Shown here: positions 1 to 9,472 of the stretch, in pieces | Position numbering within the stretch: position 1 is the stretch's first letter | How the letters are laid out: each line of letters starts with the position of its first letter | Assembly (NCBI GenBank): GCA_963770895.1 | Contig: CAVYRF010000001.1 | Coordinates: 96,001 to 160,000 of the forward strand | DNA: 64,000 nucleotides | Direction: 5' to 3' | Source: an uncultured Acidobacteriota bacterium | Lineage (GTDB): Bacteria; Acidobacteriota; Thermoanaerobaculia; Multivoradales; UBA5704 | Notes under the pieces: generated by a model | The model's database searches: none | What the model saw: the letters and a program-made list of their open reading frames with translations, nothing else | Told to the model about the DNA's origin: nothing | Translations under genes and position numbers: made by a program

Positions 1-2
1 AC

Positions 3-902
3 ACCGGAGAGGGCTACCAGGAGTTTCTTCAGCGTCTGGCCGAGGAGTCCGGCGCAGCGACGCCGACGCGCGCCGAGCTGGCGCGGAAGGACAAGAAACG
101 AAAGGGGAAAGGGTCGAACGACGACTGGACGCATCCGCACGACCCTGACGCCAAGATCACGAAAATGAAGGATGGCCGGACCCACCTGGCCCACAAAGCA
201 GAGCATGCGGTGGATCTGGAAACCGGAGCCGTCGTTGCGGTGACGGTTCAGCCGGCGGATCGCGGCGATACGCAGAGCTACGAACAGACCCTGAGCGAAA
301 CGCTAGAAAACCTGGCGGCCCTGCCCGATTCCACCTCGTTGTCCCCGCAGCCGCTGCGGGATGTCGTGGCCGACCGGGGCTATCACAGCGGCGCGGTGCT
401 GCTACAGATGCAGAAGCTCGGCCTGCGCAGCTACATCGCGGAGCCCAAACGACCGCGCCGGAAGTGGCGAGGTCGAGTGTCCGAGCAAAAAGCCACGTAC
501 GCGAACCATCGGCGGATGAAAGGGGCTCGCGGCAAGCGACTGGCGCGCTGGCGATGCGAGAGGGTAGAGCGCAGCATGGCCCACGCCTACGAAACTGGCG
601 GCCTGCGACGCATCCACCTCCGCGGTCACACCAACATCCTCAAGCGCCTCTTGATTCACGAAGCAGGCTTCAACTTGAGTCTGGTGATGCGACATCGCAT
701 CGGCCACGGCACGCCGCGAGGCCTTCAGGGGCGCCTCCGTCGTTGGCTTTCCCTCTGTTTCGGCCTTCTCGAAGCCCTGCGTCTCGACTCCTTGGCCAGA
801 TTGAGTCGAACATGGTTGCTTCGGATCGCTCTCGCCCATCAAACCCTGATCCCCGGTTACCTAGCTCACTCCCAAAATCCGCCTTGCACCACGGACTGCT
901 AG
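3..902 (+). CDS. IS1182-family transposase, 5'-truncated by the window edge
   Basis: The frame is open from base 3 (TGEGYQEFL...DPDAKITKMKDGRTHLAHKAEHAVDLETG). DDE-type motifs VADRGY and VERSMAH are present. The element end ...cacggactgCTAG resembles the end of the complete IS1182 at 3571-5100. Confidence 0.8.
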   Translation, partial: TGEGYQEFLQRLAEESGAATPTRAELARKDKKRKGKGSNDDWTHPHDPDAKITKMKDGRTHLAHKAEHAVDLETGAVVAVTVQPADRGDTQSYEQTLSETLENLAALPDSTSLSPQPLRDVVADRGYHSGAVLLQMQKLGLRSYIAEPKRPRRKWRGRVSEQKATYANHRRMKGARGKRLARWRCERVERSMAHAYETGGLRRIHLRGHTNILKRLLIHEAGFNLSLVMRHRIGHGTPRGLQGRLRRWLSLCFGLLEALRLDSLARLSRTWLLRIALAHQTLIPGYLAHSQNPPCTTDC

Positions 903-1042
903 GCTCTCGTCATGCCGTTCAAGCCTACCCCTGAACAGCGGGAGATATTGAAGTACCGGTGGCCCCGTGGAGTCGCAGCCTGGTCACACCTACTTCCATG
1001 CTCGTTGGTCGTAGCCTTCTCCGTAGCAGAGAGAGGACCGTC

Positions 1043-1969
1043 GTGACGAAAAAGAAGAGGAAGCACCATGATGTGTGGCAACGCTACCTAAAAGCATGGA
1101 CTCGCGGTGGCAAGATCTTCTGCCTCAGGGACGGCAAGATATTTGCGCCCAGCTTAGACGGAGTCGCTAACTGGCGAGACTTCTATAAGCCGGAGCCACT
1201 GACACCCGAAGAGGTAGCCTTCATCCAGGCCCTTACAATTCAACGAACGCAACGGCCTATTCAGAGAGAAGTCAATCAGGGCTGGATCGCATTTTTGACA
1301 TTGCCAAATAGACTACATGCCGTGCTGGACCAGGCGGGTCTGAACGCCACGCAAGGCACTGAGATCATAGACGCAGCACTTCATAATTTTGAGGAGGATT
1401 TTCACGCCAAGATCGAGTCAGAGGCGGTTGGTTTACTGGAGTCGCTACTCGCTCATGATGCGAGCTTCTTTACGAATGACGACACTCGCCTGGACTTCAT
1501 CTACTTTGTGTGCGTACAGTACACCCGCACGGCCAGAATGCAGCAGGCCATCGTGGCGGCTCTCGGCGACAAAGTCAGCGGAGTTCGCGTCGCGAACGTT
1601 TGGAGAATCTTGAGGCACATATACGCAAGCAATACTGGCTGGGTCATTTACGCTCAGAACGATGCTTGGCGCCTGATCTTTCTGGATAATCCAACCGACA
1701 CACCGTTCATTACTGGTGATCAGCCTATCATCAATACCTACGCCTCACCGGGCCAGGAGCCTGTCGATCTTGAGTTCTATTATCCACTGTCACCTAAGCT
1801 CGCGCTTCTTGTCACAAAAAGCGCGGCGGCCGCCAACGGAACTTCCATGGCACTAGCCCTGGACCAGGTGCATTGCTACAACAGGCACATAACACAAAGC
1901 TCGTATCAGCAGATTTACGCGCAATCGCGCGAGATTCTGCAGAGAATCCAGGCAGGGCTATATCGGTAA
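1043..1969 (+). CDS. DUF4238 domain-containing protein (putative anti-phage)
   Basis: N-terminal KKRKHHDVWQRYLKAW and C-terminal PFITGDQP...FYYPLSPKLAL motifs are typical of DUF4238. GTG start lies after a GAGAGG RBS. Confidence 0.75.
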   Translation: MTKKKRKHHDVWQRYLKAWTRGGKIFCLRDGKIFAPSLDGVANWRDFYKPEPLTPEEVAFIQALTIQRTQRPIQREVNQGWIAFLTLPNRLHAVLDQAGLNATQGTEIIDAALHNFEEDFHAKIESEAVGLLESLLAHDASFFTNDDTRLDFIYFVCVQYTRTARMQQAIVAALGDKVSGVRVANVWRILRHIYASNTGWVIYAQNDAWRLIFLDNPTDTPFITGDQPIINTYASPGQEPVDLEFYYPLSPKLALLVTKSAAAANGTSMALALDQVHCYNRHITQSSYQQIYAQSREILQRIQAGLYR

Positions 1970-2448
1970 CGGCGATGGGGCGTCGTCGGTTCGCCTCTCT
2001 TTGCCAGGCGGGCGCGGCCTGGTGTGGCGCTTTCTGTGTGGCTCGGTGCTCATACAGACCGGAGGCGTTACTTTAAGGGTACTGTCGCCAAGCTGGTCCC
2101 TCGCGTCAAGCCAGCCTCACGCAGGGCTTGCACTCCTCGCGTTGTCCATGAGCCATTCGGAAACAAGCGCGCGGTTTCGCGGGGTATCCTTCAGGCTGGA
2201 GTACCAGATCATCTCTTGAACGGCGCGCGGATGCCAGGTGACTTGGCCGTCGCTCCATCTACCAACGGTGTCAGGTCGCGTACTATTTCGAGGTAGGCAC
2301 GCCAGAGTGCGCCGTCTCGCTTTGATAGTTTAGGCGTACTCATCACTTCAGTTTAGGGCCGGGTGGTCCTGGCGTCCAGACCCGTCGTTTCTCGAAGACA
2401 TGAAGCTCCCATGAGCTGCTTCTTGACGCTGCGGTACGCCCAGGTATC

Positions 2449-2799
2449 ATGAGGCGTATGAAGCTCTCCAAGAAAGCTCAACTTGAGATCCAGCGCATGC
2501 GAGCTGCGTTTCCGAAGCAGCTTGCAGTACAGGTTGCCCGCTCGACCGACGGCGGCTTTGTGGCATCCGTGATCTCCATCCCCGGCGCGCAGACCCAAGC
2601 CGAGAGCTTCTCGGAACTGCTCGACATGATAAACGACGCCATCCGCACCTGCTTCGAGGTTCCCGCGAAGTACCTCGCCTATATGCCCACCTACCTGCCG
2701 TCCATCGAAATGGCGCAGCAGCTCGACGCCTATCCCGTCCGCGCGGTCGATAGAGAGATCACCCTCGTCCTGCCGCATGGCGCGAAGGGAGGTCGTTAG
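2449..2799 (+). CDS. hicB: HicB-family antitoxin
   Basis: DGGFVASVISIPGAQTQAESFSELLDMINDAI matches the HicB partial RNase H fold. It overlaps the downstream hicA-like gene. Confidence 0.75.
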   Translation: MRRMKLSKKAQLEIQRMRAAFPKQLAVQVARSTDGGFVASVISIPGAQTQAESFSELLDMINDAIRTCFEVPAKYLAYMPTYLPSIEMAQQLDAYPVRAVDREITLVLPHGAKGGR

Positions 2800-3007
2800 G
2801 GCAAGCGACTGTTCCGCAGACAATCTGAAACAGCTCGCACGACGAGCTGGTTTTGTACTTACGCCAGGCGGCAAGCACTGGCGCGTGAAGACCACGACGG
2901 GGCAGTTTGTGACGACCATCCCGCACCACACCCGCTTGAAGCGGGAACTCGTGAAGGGGATCGTGGAGCGCCTGCGGGAGTTCGGGGCCGCGATAGAGAT
3001 CCGTTGA
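2777..3007 (+). CDS. hicA: HicA-family mRNA interferase toxin
   Basis: 76-aa basic protein with GGKHW...TTIPHH...LKRELVKGI, the HicA dsRBD-like pattern. Confidence 0.7.
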   Translation: MARREVVRASDCSADNLKQLARRAGFVLTPGGKHWRVKTTTGQFVTTIPHHTRLKRELVKGIVERLREFGAAIEIR

Positions 3008-3040
3008 GGAAAGGAGCGGCGCCGCGCATTCCGAGCGCGC

Positions 3041-3277
3041 TCAGTCGAGCATCTTGAAGTGAGGGTTCTGGCCGATGACCTCAAGGGAGTCCTGCTTGAT
3101 AATCCTCCCGCACCGAGCACAGACGTAGAGATCCTCCCATCCCGCCACCGGTTCCATTTCGTTGCCATCGCGGTCGCACGGATAGAAGCCGTCGAAATCA
3201 GGGCGGTTGCCGCATATGCAGAGCCATGCGTCCATATCCTCTGCCTCGGTCGCGATGTACTCGGTGAACGCGATCAT
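3041..3277 (-). CDS. Small Cys-rich (zinc-ribbon-like) hypothetical protein
   Basis: CICG...C...CARCGR motif in an acidic 78-aa ORF. Confidence 0.55.
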   Translation of the reverse strand: MIAFTEYIATEAEDMDAWLCICGNRPDFDGFYPCDRDGNEMEPVAGWEDLYVCARCGRIIKQDSLEVIGQNPHFKMLD

Positions 3278-3570
3278 TGCTCTTGAGTAAAGCCACTGCA
3301 AGACTCAATGTCAAGAGGAGTCACCGTAGTCTGAGCATTGCTTCGTAGGCCCTGCCGGGGGCCCCCTCACTGCGAGGCAGGTCGGCTGATGGGCTTTGCT
3401 GGATTATCAGAGATGCGACTACACCGCGATCATTTCTCCCGATGCTGCGATGTTAGCTTTTTGCAGAAATGATGCGGCGAACGATGAGCCTTGCTTGATT
3501 GAACGTCCTCGAAAGCTATCTGACATACTGCTGCTGGGCTCCATGCTCGCGCCATCTTCCCAAAACTCTT

Positions 3571-5100
3571 CTAGGAGTCCGTCCGAGTTATCGCCTTGGC
3601 TGCGGGTCGTTGGGGGTAGGAGTCCATGGCGGGCGAGTCAGCCGGGGCGAGGTCGAGTTAGGAGTGAGATCGACGTGTAAGGGGACGGCCTGAAGAGGGG
3701 CGAGGTCATTTCGGTCTCAGGGCTTGGAGTGAGGCGCTACCGAGCCCCCTCACCAGGCCATCCTCAGCTTGAGCAGATTGTGGGCGGTGGCGAGCAAGGC
3801 CCACTCCTGCTGCACACGGGCTAAGCCGCGACAGAGAAACTGGCGGAAGCCTCGCGCGTGTTTGATCTGACCGAAGGGGGCTTCCACGATCGCCTTGCGG
3901 CGGGCATAGGCTTTGCGGCCTCGTTGCGTCTGGAGCTTGCGCTGCATCCGCTGCTTGGCGCTCAGCCCCGCTGGCGGACGGCCCCGTGGACACGGCGGCA
4001 GGGGTTCGCCATGCTTGTAGCGCCGGGTGGCGATCAGCGGCTCGATCCGATCCTTCTCCAGGCCCCGCATGTTGTCTTCCGACCAGTAACCGGCGTCGGC
4101 CAGCACCTGCTTGGGTTTGCGGCGCAACACGCGCTTGACATCCTGGATCACCGGCAGAAGCTGCTCGACATCGGTTGTGCTCGCGCTCACCCGTTGGGCC
4201 AGGATGACCTGGTGCCGAGCGTCCACGGCAATCTGCGCCGTGTAGCCCTGGATGAAACCATCTCGCGTCTTCTGGATCTTCGACTCGGGATCGGTGAAGT
4301 TGCGCTGCGCCTTGTCGGCAGGACGAGCCGATTGCGGGTCCTTGCCGGCCGCCGCGGCCTGGTCGCGGGCTTCCTGCTCCAAGGCCGCCTTGGCTTCTCG
4401 GATCTTGCGCAGACGACTCTCTCGATGCAAAAGCTCCTTGGGCAGCTCCGATCCGCTCCGATCGGCGCCGTACTGCCGATCTTCCTGCTCGTCGATCGCC
4501 GCGGCTCGATCCAGGATCTCCCGGATCTGCCGCTCCAATTCCGACTCCTTCTTCACCATCCGGCCATAGCTCATCGCCTTGTGCTTCGAGGCGTTGGCTC
4601 GGATCTTCGTCCCATCCACCGCCACTCGACCCAACTTCACCAGCCCGGCCTTGCGGCACAACCCCACCACCTGCGTGAACAGCCCGGCCAGCGCTTGGCC
4701 GTGCCGCTTACGGAAATCGCTGATTGTCCGGAAATCTGGCCGATTTCCCGCCGCCAAATAGCGAAACGCCACACTGTCCGACAGCTTCTCCGCCAAGCGC
4801 CGCGACGAGTACGTTGCCGTGCAGTACCCGTACAGCAGGATCTTCGTCATCATTCGCGGGTGGTAGGGCGGATACCCCCGCTCCTCGGCGTACGTCTCCT
4901 CGATCTCGCCAAGATCCAGCTCGTCAACCACCTCGCTCACGAACCGAGCCAGGTGACCTTCGGGAAGCCATTCCTCGATCGACGGCGGCAGCAGGAGCAA
5001 CTGGTCAGGCTCGTAGGGACGGAAGGTCTTCATAGACCCTCATTATCCAACCACTTCCCTCATCCCGGAGCCTGACCAGGTTACTCGGACGGACTCCTAG
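3571..5100 (-). mobile_element. Complete IS1182-family insertion sequence
   Basis: Terminal inverted repeats ctaggagtccgtccgagtta (3571) and ttactcggacggactcctag (5081-5100), with CTAG at both ends. Confidence 0.9.
3750..5033 (-). CDS. IS1182-family transposase
   Basis: Motifs LLPPSIEEWLPEGHLA, GYPPYHPRMM, PDFRTISDFR, VAVDGTKI, LADAGY and VEAPFGQIK. Confidence 0.93.
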   Translation of the reverse strand: MKTFRPYEPDQLLLLPPSIEEWLPEGHLARFVSEVVDELDLGEIEETYAEERGYPPYHPRMMTKILLYGYCTATYSSRRLAEKLSDSVAFRYLAAGNRPDFRTISDFRKRHGQALAGLFTQVVGLCRKAGLVKLGRVAVDGTKIRANASKHKAMSYGRMVKKESELERQIREILDRAAAIDEQEDRQYGADRSGSELPKELLHRESRLRKIREAKAALEQEARDQAAAAGKDPQSARPADKAQRNFTDPESKIQKTRDGFIQGYTAQIAVDARHQVILAQRVSASTTDVEQLLPVIQDVKRVLRRKPKQVLADAGYWSEDNMRGLEKDRIEPLIATRRYKHGEPLPPCPRGRPPAGLSAKQRMQRKLQTQRGRKAYARRKAIVEAPFGQIKHARGFRQFLCRGLARVQQEWALLATAHNLLKLRMAW

Positions 5101-6712
5101 GATCTGCGCCAGCGACAACCCCTCTGAAGCCGCGATCTCCAGAGCCAACTCGAAGCTTTCCATCGACATCACGCAGTAAACCCATGGATAGTCCCTGAGT
5201 GGATGGTCGGCTTCAGTGCGCGCTCTGTAACGGATCAGCTCGTTCATCATGTATACTGACTCGCCAACCACCGCCACACAGATCGGATGGGCGTTCTTTG
5301 TCGTATCGACAGCTGTTTGATATGTGGAATACTCAGGAATCCCTGCATACAAGTCGGCTGCCTTATCTCGCAACTTGAGAAACAGGTCGTAGACCTGCTG
5401 GAAGTTTTCGTCAAATATCTCTTCACTCATCGTAAACCTGGTTTCCGCCAAGACCCTGCGAGCCTTCGCCTCTACTAAAATCAGGCGCTGGCTCTGTTCC
5501 TCGACGATCGAGCAGTCCGGACCCTTCCTCTCACCTTGGGCAGAGCGGTAGGTAACTTCTGGAATGACGACAGTTCCCGGCAGGCGCTCCTTTGCCATGA
5601 GCCTTATGTACACTTCTTGCGCCGCACCCCTCGCGTTGTTATACGCTTGGCCGAAGCGTTCCTGTAGACCAAAGTGAAGGACGTCGCCAAAACTACGAGC
5701 GAACGTGCGAACGTTTAAGACCATAAAGCGCTTTTCAGTATCCCTCGCCCCGTTATCGATGCTCACTATTGGGTAGCGCTCGAGAGGGCTCAGACGCCAG
5801 CCTACCGGTCCAATCATATACGCGGGCTTTTGGGCCTCTTCCCTGATGTCGCGGATTGGCCGTGCAAACAATGAGATAAATGCCGAGAATGCCGCCTCCG
5901 AGACCCGGCACTTCAGGAGACTTGACAGTGACCTGTGGGAGAAATAGATATAGTCGCGAAGAGGTCGTGGAAACTCTATCAGTTTTGAAATAATCCACGC
6001 CTGGCGATCCTTCCTTGCAAATCCTGGAATCGTCAAGCCCATGCTGTCGAAGAGGCTTGTGGCGATCTCCCCCAACCGCTGGTGCCACAAATATACAAAC
6101 ATGTAGATCGTAGCGAGGTCTCGAAGGCTCGCGCCCAGCGTCCCCGGAATACTCGCTGCGAACTGAGCCACGCTACTACGAGCGTCCTGGGGAAAGAGAT
6201 CAATATGCTTCAGAGGCAGAACTGAAAGCAGCGCAAGAAGACGGCCTGCCGTCGAAGTGGATCTTGTTTCTTGCTGGCGAATCTGTATGTTTGCCATGCG
6301 CGACATAAATTTTTGCAGTGCATAGAGCATTTCGTCGCGAGGCTTGCCGCTTACAACCTCCTCAGCAAGGCGAGGGTCGTCAAGAGCTGAGGTCGCACCA
6401 TTGAGGACGTAGGTGAGATCGGCATATGAGAGCATGGCTGGCTTGTACGATGCTGCCTTGCTGGCAACCAATGCCTCCGAGAATAGGCGACACTTTTCGT
6501 TGTTTAGGAGGGGAAAGACCCGTGAGCCCATGCCTCCCGTGAACTCGATCGTGGAAAGCAGGCAACTGATCTCCATGACAGTGTCGAGATTGCGGGAGTT
6601 AAGCCGCGTCACAGCGTCCTCGAACGTAGGTCTCGTTTCATTTGTTAGTGGCAGTTTGCGCCTCCTTTGGTGCGCTCTATCGAACCGGCAACTAGTACTA
6701 CTGTGTCACAAA

Positions 6713-8390
6713 TCATCCGGTGTGCAGATGCCCACACCAGGGGCAGAGAGGCAGACCTGCGGCGAGGAGTCGGGCGTGATGCCATTTCCGGGTCGCCAAC
6801 GAGGCTGGCTGGTGGCGCTCAGGGCGTTGCAGAACCGCGAGGTCGGTAAGTCTCGGGTAGGGGAGCGGTGCCGAGGAAGGCAAGAGGCGCCGGGGGGAAA
6901 GCCGAGCTCGCTCGGCCGCCAGGAAAGCATAGGCGGCGATGCATAATGCGCCGTGGTGATGGAAGCCTCGCCATCCTCGGCCTTCGTAGTGGTCGAGGCC
7001 CAATTCGTCCTTCAGCTCCTGGAAATCTCGTTCGATACGCCAACGGATCTTGGCAAGCCGCACCAACTCTTCCAGCTCGACCTCTTCCGGCACCGTTGAC
7101 AGCCAGTACCGCCCTGGCTGGGAATCGCCTTGCGGCCACTCCACCAACAACCATTCCGGTTCGCGGCCCTCTCGACGCAAGTAGTCTCGATGAGCCACGC
7201 GCACCCGAAGCCTGGCGAACCGCGACACCATCAGGCCGCGGGTCCCTTCGCGCCACCGCACCGTTTTCCAAGCACCGCGAGGCAAGGTTGCGGCCAGGGC
7301 TTTCACCGTCACCGGCTGGTGATCGGCGGTGCGGCGCAGCCGAGCTGTCGGTCGGCCGCGTCCGGGGTGGGGCCGAGGCGGCAGAGGTGCTTGTCCGGGA
7401 GGCCAAACTGTCAGGTCGCCCGAAATGCCGACTGCATAGGAGAAGTGACGCGCGGTCAACGCATCTCGGAATTCTGTCGACGAGCCATATCCGGCATCCG
7501 CCACCACCGGGGCTATCGGGATCTCGTCGGCCAGCAGGCGGTCGATCTCGGCCAAAGCCAAGGCGGGTTTGGTCGCAAACTCCACCTCTTTCGGCACACC
7601 GGCAGTGGCTCGACGCTCTGTGTCGTGGGCCATCGGCTACACGCGGCGACAGTGGGCAGCCCTCGAGCGCTACTTGAGCGATGGCGAGCTCGGCCCGGAC
7701 AACTCCGCCTCGGAGCGGGCTCTTCGTTGCGTGGCGATCGGCCGCAAGAACTGGCTCTTCGCCGGCAGCGACGCTGGCGGGGTCCGCGCCGCCAAGCTCT
7801 ACAGCCTCATCGCGAGCGCCAAGCGCCACGGCGTCGAGCCCTTCGCCTACCTACGCGCTCTCTTCGAGCGCCTGCCAAGCCATTCGCCCGACCGCCTCCA
7901 CGAGCTCGGCCCAGCTCTCGGGTAGATAGAGTCGATACCCCGCAGGAACGCTGAGGGTCGGATTGACCAGCGACACGGTCACCGCGACCTGGCAATTCGC
8001 CGCTTTCCCCAAAGCCCCGCAGTATTGATGCGCGACGCCGACCGACAAGGTTCCCTTCTTGGGTAGGCCCGTATCATCGACCACCCACGCCGCAATGGGT
8101 CCGTGCCGCTCCAGTGCCTGGAGGCCATACTCTCGCGCCACCTCCAACACCCTCAGCTCGGACCAGGGCGCCTCGGCGACAAAATGATGCAGCGATTGAT
8201 GGCGCGCCTGTACGTGCAGCGGATCCACCTTGGCCGCCATCGGTTCCACGCTCTTGCGATCTCCCGGCAGAAGCAGGCCCGTGACGTACGCGCGCAAGGG
8301 CGCCCGCCGGTCGGCGTGACCGACGGCGGCGCCCAGCTGCCCGAGGTAGCTTTCGAAGCGAACAGCTTCCTGACCTTGCTGGCGGCTCAT
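6713..8390 (-). pseudogene. IS701-family transposase interrupted by a 280-bp IS66 fragment
   Basis: N-half (RKSVEPMA, VVDDTGLPKKG, QYCGALGKAANCQ, LYLPESWA) and C-half (HDTERRATAGVP, VADAGYG, RWRIERDFQELK) join in frame when 7632-7911 is removed. The C-terminal tail also appears frameshifted. Confidence 0.85.
7632..7911 (+). pseudogene. Internal fragment of IS66-family TnpC transposase
   Basis: DNSASERALRCVAIGRKNWLFAGSDAGG...YSLIASAKRHGVEPFAYL is the IS66 TnpC C-terminal signature. No IS66 ends are present. Confidence 0.85.
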
Positions 8391-8656
8391 GCCACAAGCC
8401 TGGCACAAACCCCATCGCTTGGCTAGTACTTATGACACAGTAGTACTAGAGCATATATATGCAAAATCCTCACATAGAGGCGTCTTACTCAATTGGCCAG
8501 TGCGCATAGTTTAACACGAGGACTTTCCGCCCCCGGCACATTTCCCCGTCTTTGCCCTCTCTCGTCCCGCCGGCAGACTGATCGGAGTTCCCTGTAAACC
8601 AAGAGCGGCACTGCGTTGCCGCCGACCGCCGGTTACCTCCGGCAAGGAGACTTCCG

Positions 8657-8902
8657 ATGGAAAGCCAAGCTGAGACCCCTTCGCGCGTCCTCGTGCCCCT
8701 TGGAGTCGTGACCCTCACGCCGCGCACGGTAATGGTCCTGACCACCAGGGAGGCCGATTTCCTTGAATTCCTCGGCCGGCACCGGGCCGGCGATTGGGGC
8801 GAGGCGGCCGATGGCTATAGGGCCGAAAACGAGCAGTCCCTCCGCGATGGCTGTGAGCGAGCGTCGGAATCCGTCGAAATCCGAGCATGGGGTCGAGGCT
8901 GA
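8657..8902 (+). CDS. Small plasmid/ICE-associated hypothetical protein (possibly degenerate)
   Basis: PLGVVTLTP...FLGRHRAGDWGE...NEQSL resembles the conserved 'RHxxGDWG' small proteins of mobile elements. Confidence 0.55.
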   Translation: MESQAETPSRVLVPLGVVTLTPRTVMVLTTREADFLEFLGRHRAGDWGEAADGYRAENEQSLRDGCERASESVEIRAWGRG

Positions 8903-8989
8903 GCTGTCAGCATCATCCCGCGCGTAGCGCGGCTGGTGGAGGGGGCACGGGGGAGGAGGGGCGAGGGGATATGCTGAGCAGAGCTGGGT

Positions 8990-9170
8990 AGAGAAACGAA
9001 AGCCCCGGTAGGCGCCGGGGCTTTCGCGTCGTTCCGCGACCCGCCGAAGCGAGCCTCGTCCCAACCGAGACAGTTGGAGCCTGGCACAGGCGGGCAGCGT
9101 TCGTCCAGTCCCCAGCGGCTGGAGGCGAGGTGCCTGCACTCGAGGTTCCGGTCCTTCATCCCCGTTTTTG
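8990..9170 (-). ncRNA. Candidate structured RNA (or ssDNA element)
   Basis: A chain of hairpins on the minus strand includes gctcgc-TTCG-gcgggt (cUUCGg loop) and ccaactg-tct-cggttgg, whose G-U pairs form only on the minus strand. It ends in the terminator. Confidence 0.4.
8997..9026. terminator. Intrinsic terminator-like hairpin
   Basis: Perfect 12-bp stem cgaaagccccgg/ccggggctttcg with a 6-nt loop, followed by tttctc on the minus strand. Confidence 0.7.
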
Positions 9171-9302
9171 CCGGCGGTGTGATCGTCCATTCGCCATCTG
9201 CTGTGGTTGCGACCATGGATACGCCTACGGTTCTCGGGCTTGCAGCGAGGCCGCTCGCCGGGAGCGGCACCGGGAGGCCAAGGAAGGAGAGGGCGCATGA
9301 AG

Positions 9303-9435
9303 CAGGACATTAGGACTTGGAGGACTTCAAAGGGTATCGCAGGAAGGGAACCGGATATACACTGCAAAGGCCCGCACCGCATAAAGAGTCATCTTCGTGT
9401 ACCCATTTCAATGTCCTCGAAGTCCTGATGTCCTG
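9303..9435. repeat. Inverted repeat pair, each arm containing three AGGAC motifs
   Basis: caggacattaggacttggaggac (9303-9325) versus the reverse complement of 9413-9435, caggacatcaggacttcgaggac: 21/23 identical. Confidence 0.8.
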
Positions 9436-9472
9436 AGACTCAGGCTTTCGCTGTGTGCTACGCTCGCGAGCC

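Larger units (their letters stand above)
3419..6654 (-). pseudogene. Protein with C-terminal PD-(D/E)XK nuclease-like domain, split by IS1182
   Basis: ORF 5005-6612 contains KGPDCSIV...LILVEAK. Removing the IS at the duplicated CTAG restores ...AQI-LEEFWEDGASM...EMIAV-stop at 3419. The start is probably CTG 6654 (after AAGGAGG) or GTG 6612. Confidence 0.7.
6692..8449 (-). mobile_element. IS701-family insertion sequence (disrupted)
   Basis: Perfect 17-bp inverted repeats ctagtactactgtgtca (6692-6708) and tgacacagtagtactag (8433-8449), with CTAG at both ends. Confidence 0.9.

Noticed and set aside
2119-2343. Possible frameshifted minus-strand ORF remnant between DUF4238 and hicB
   Set aside because: Two short pieces with no recognisable motif, so support is insufficient.
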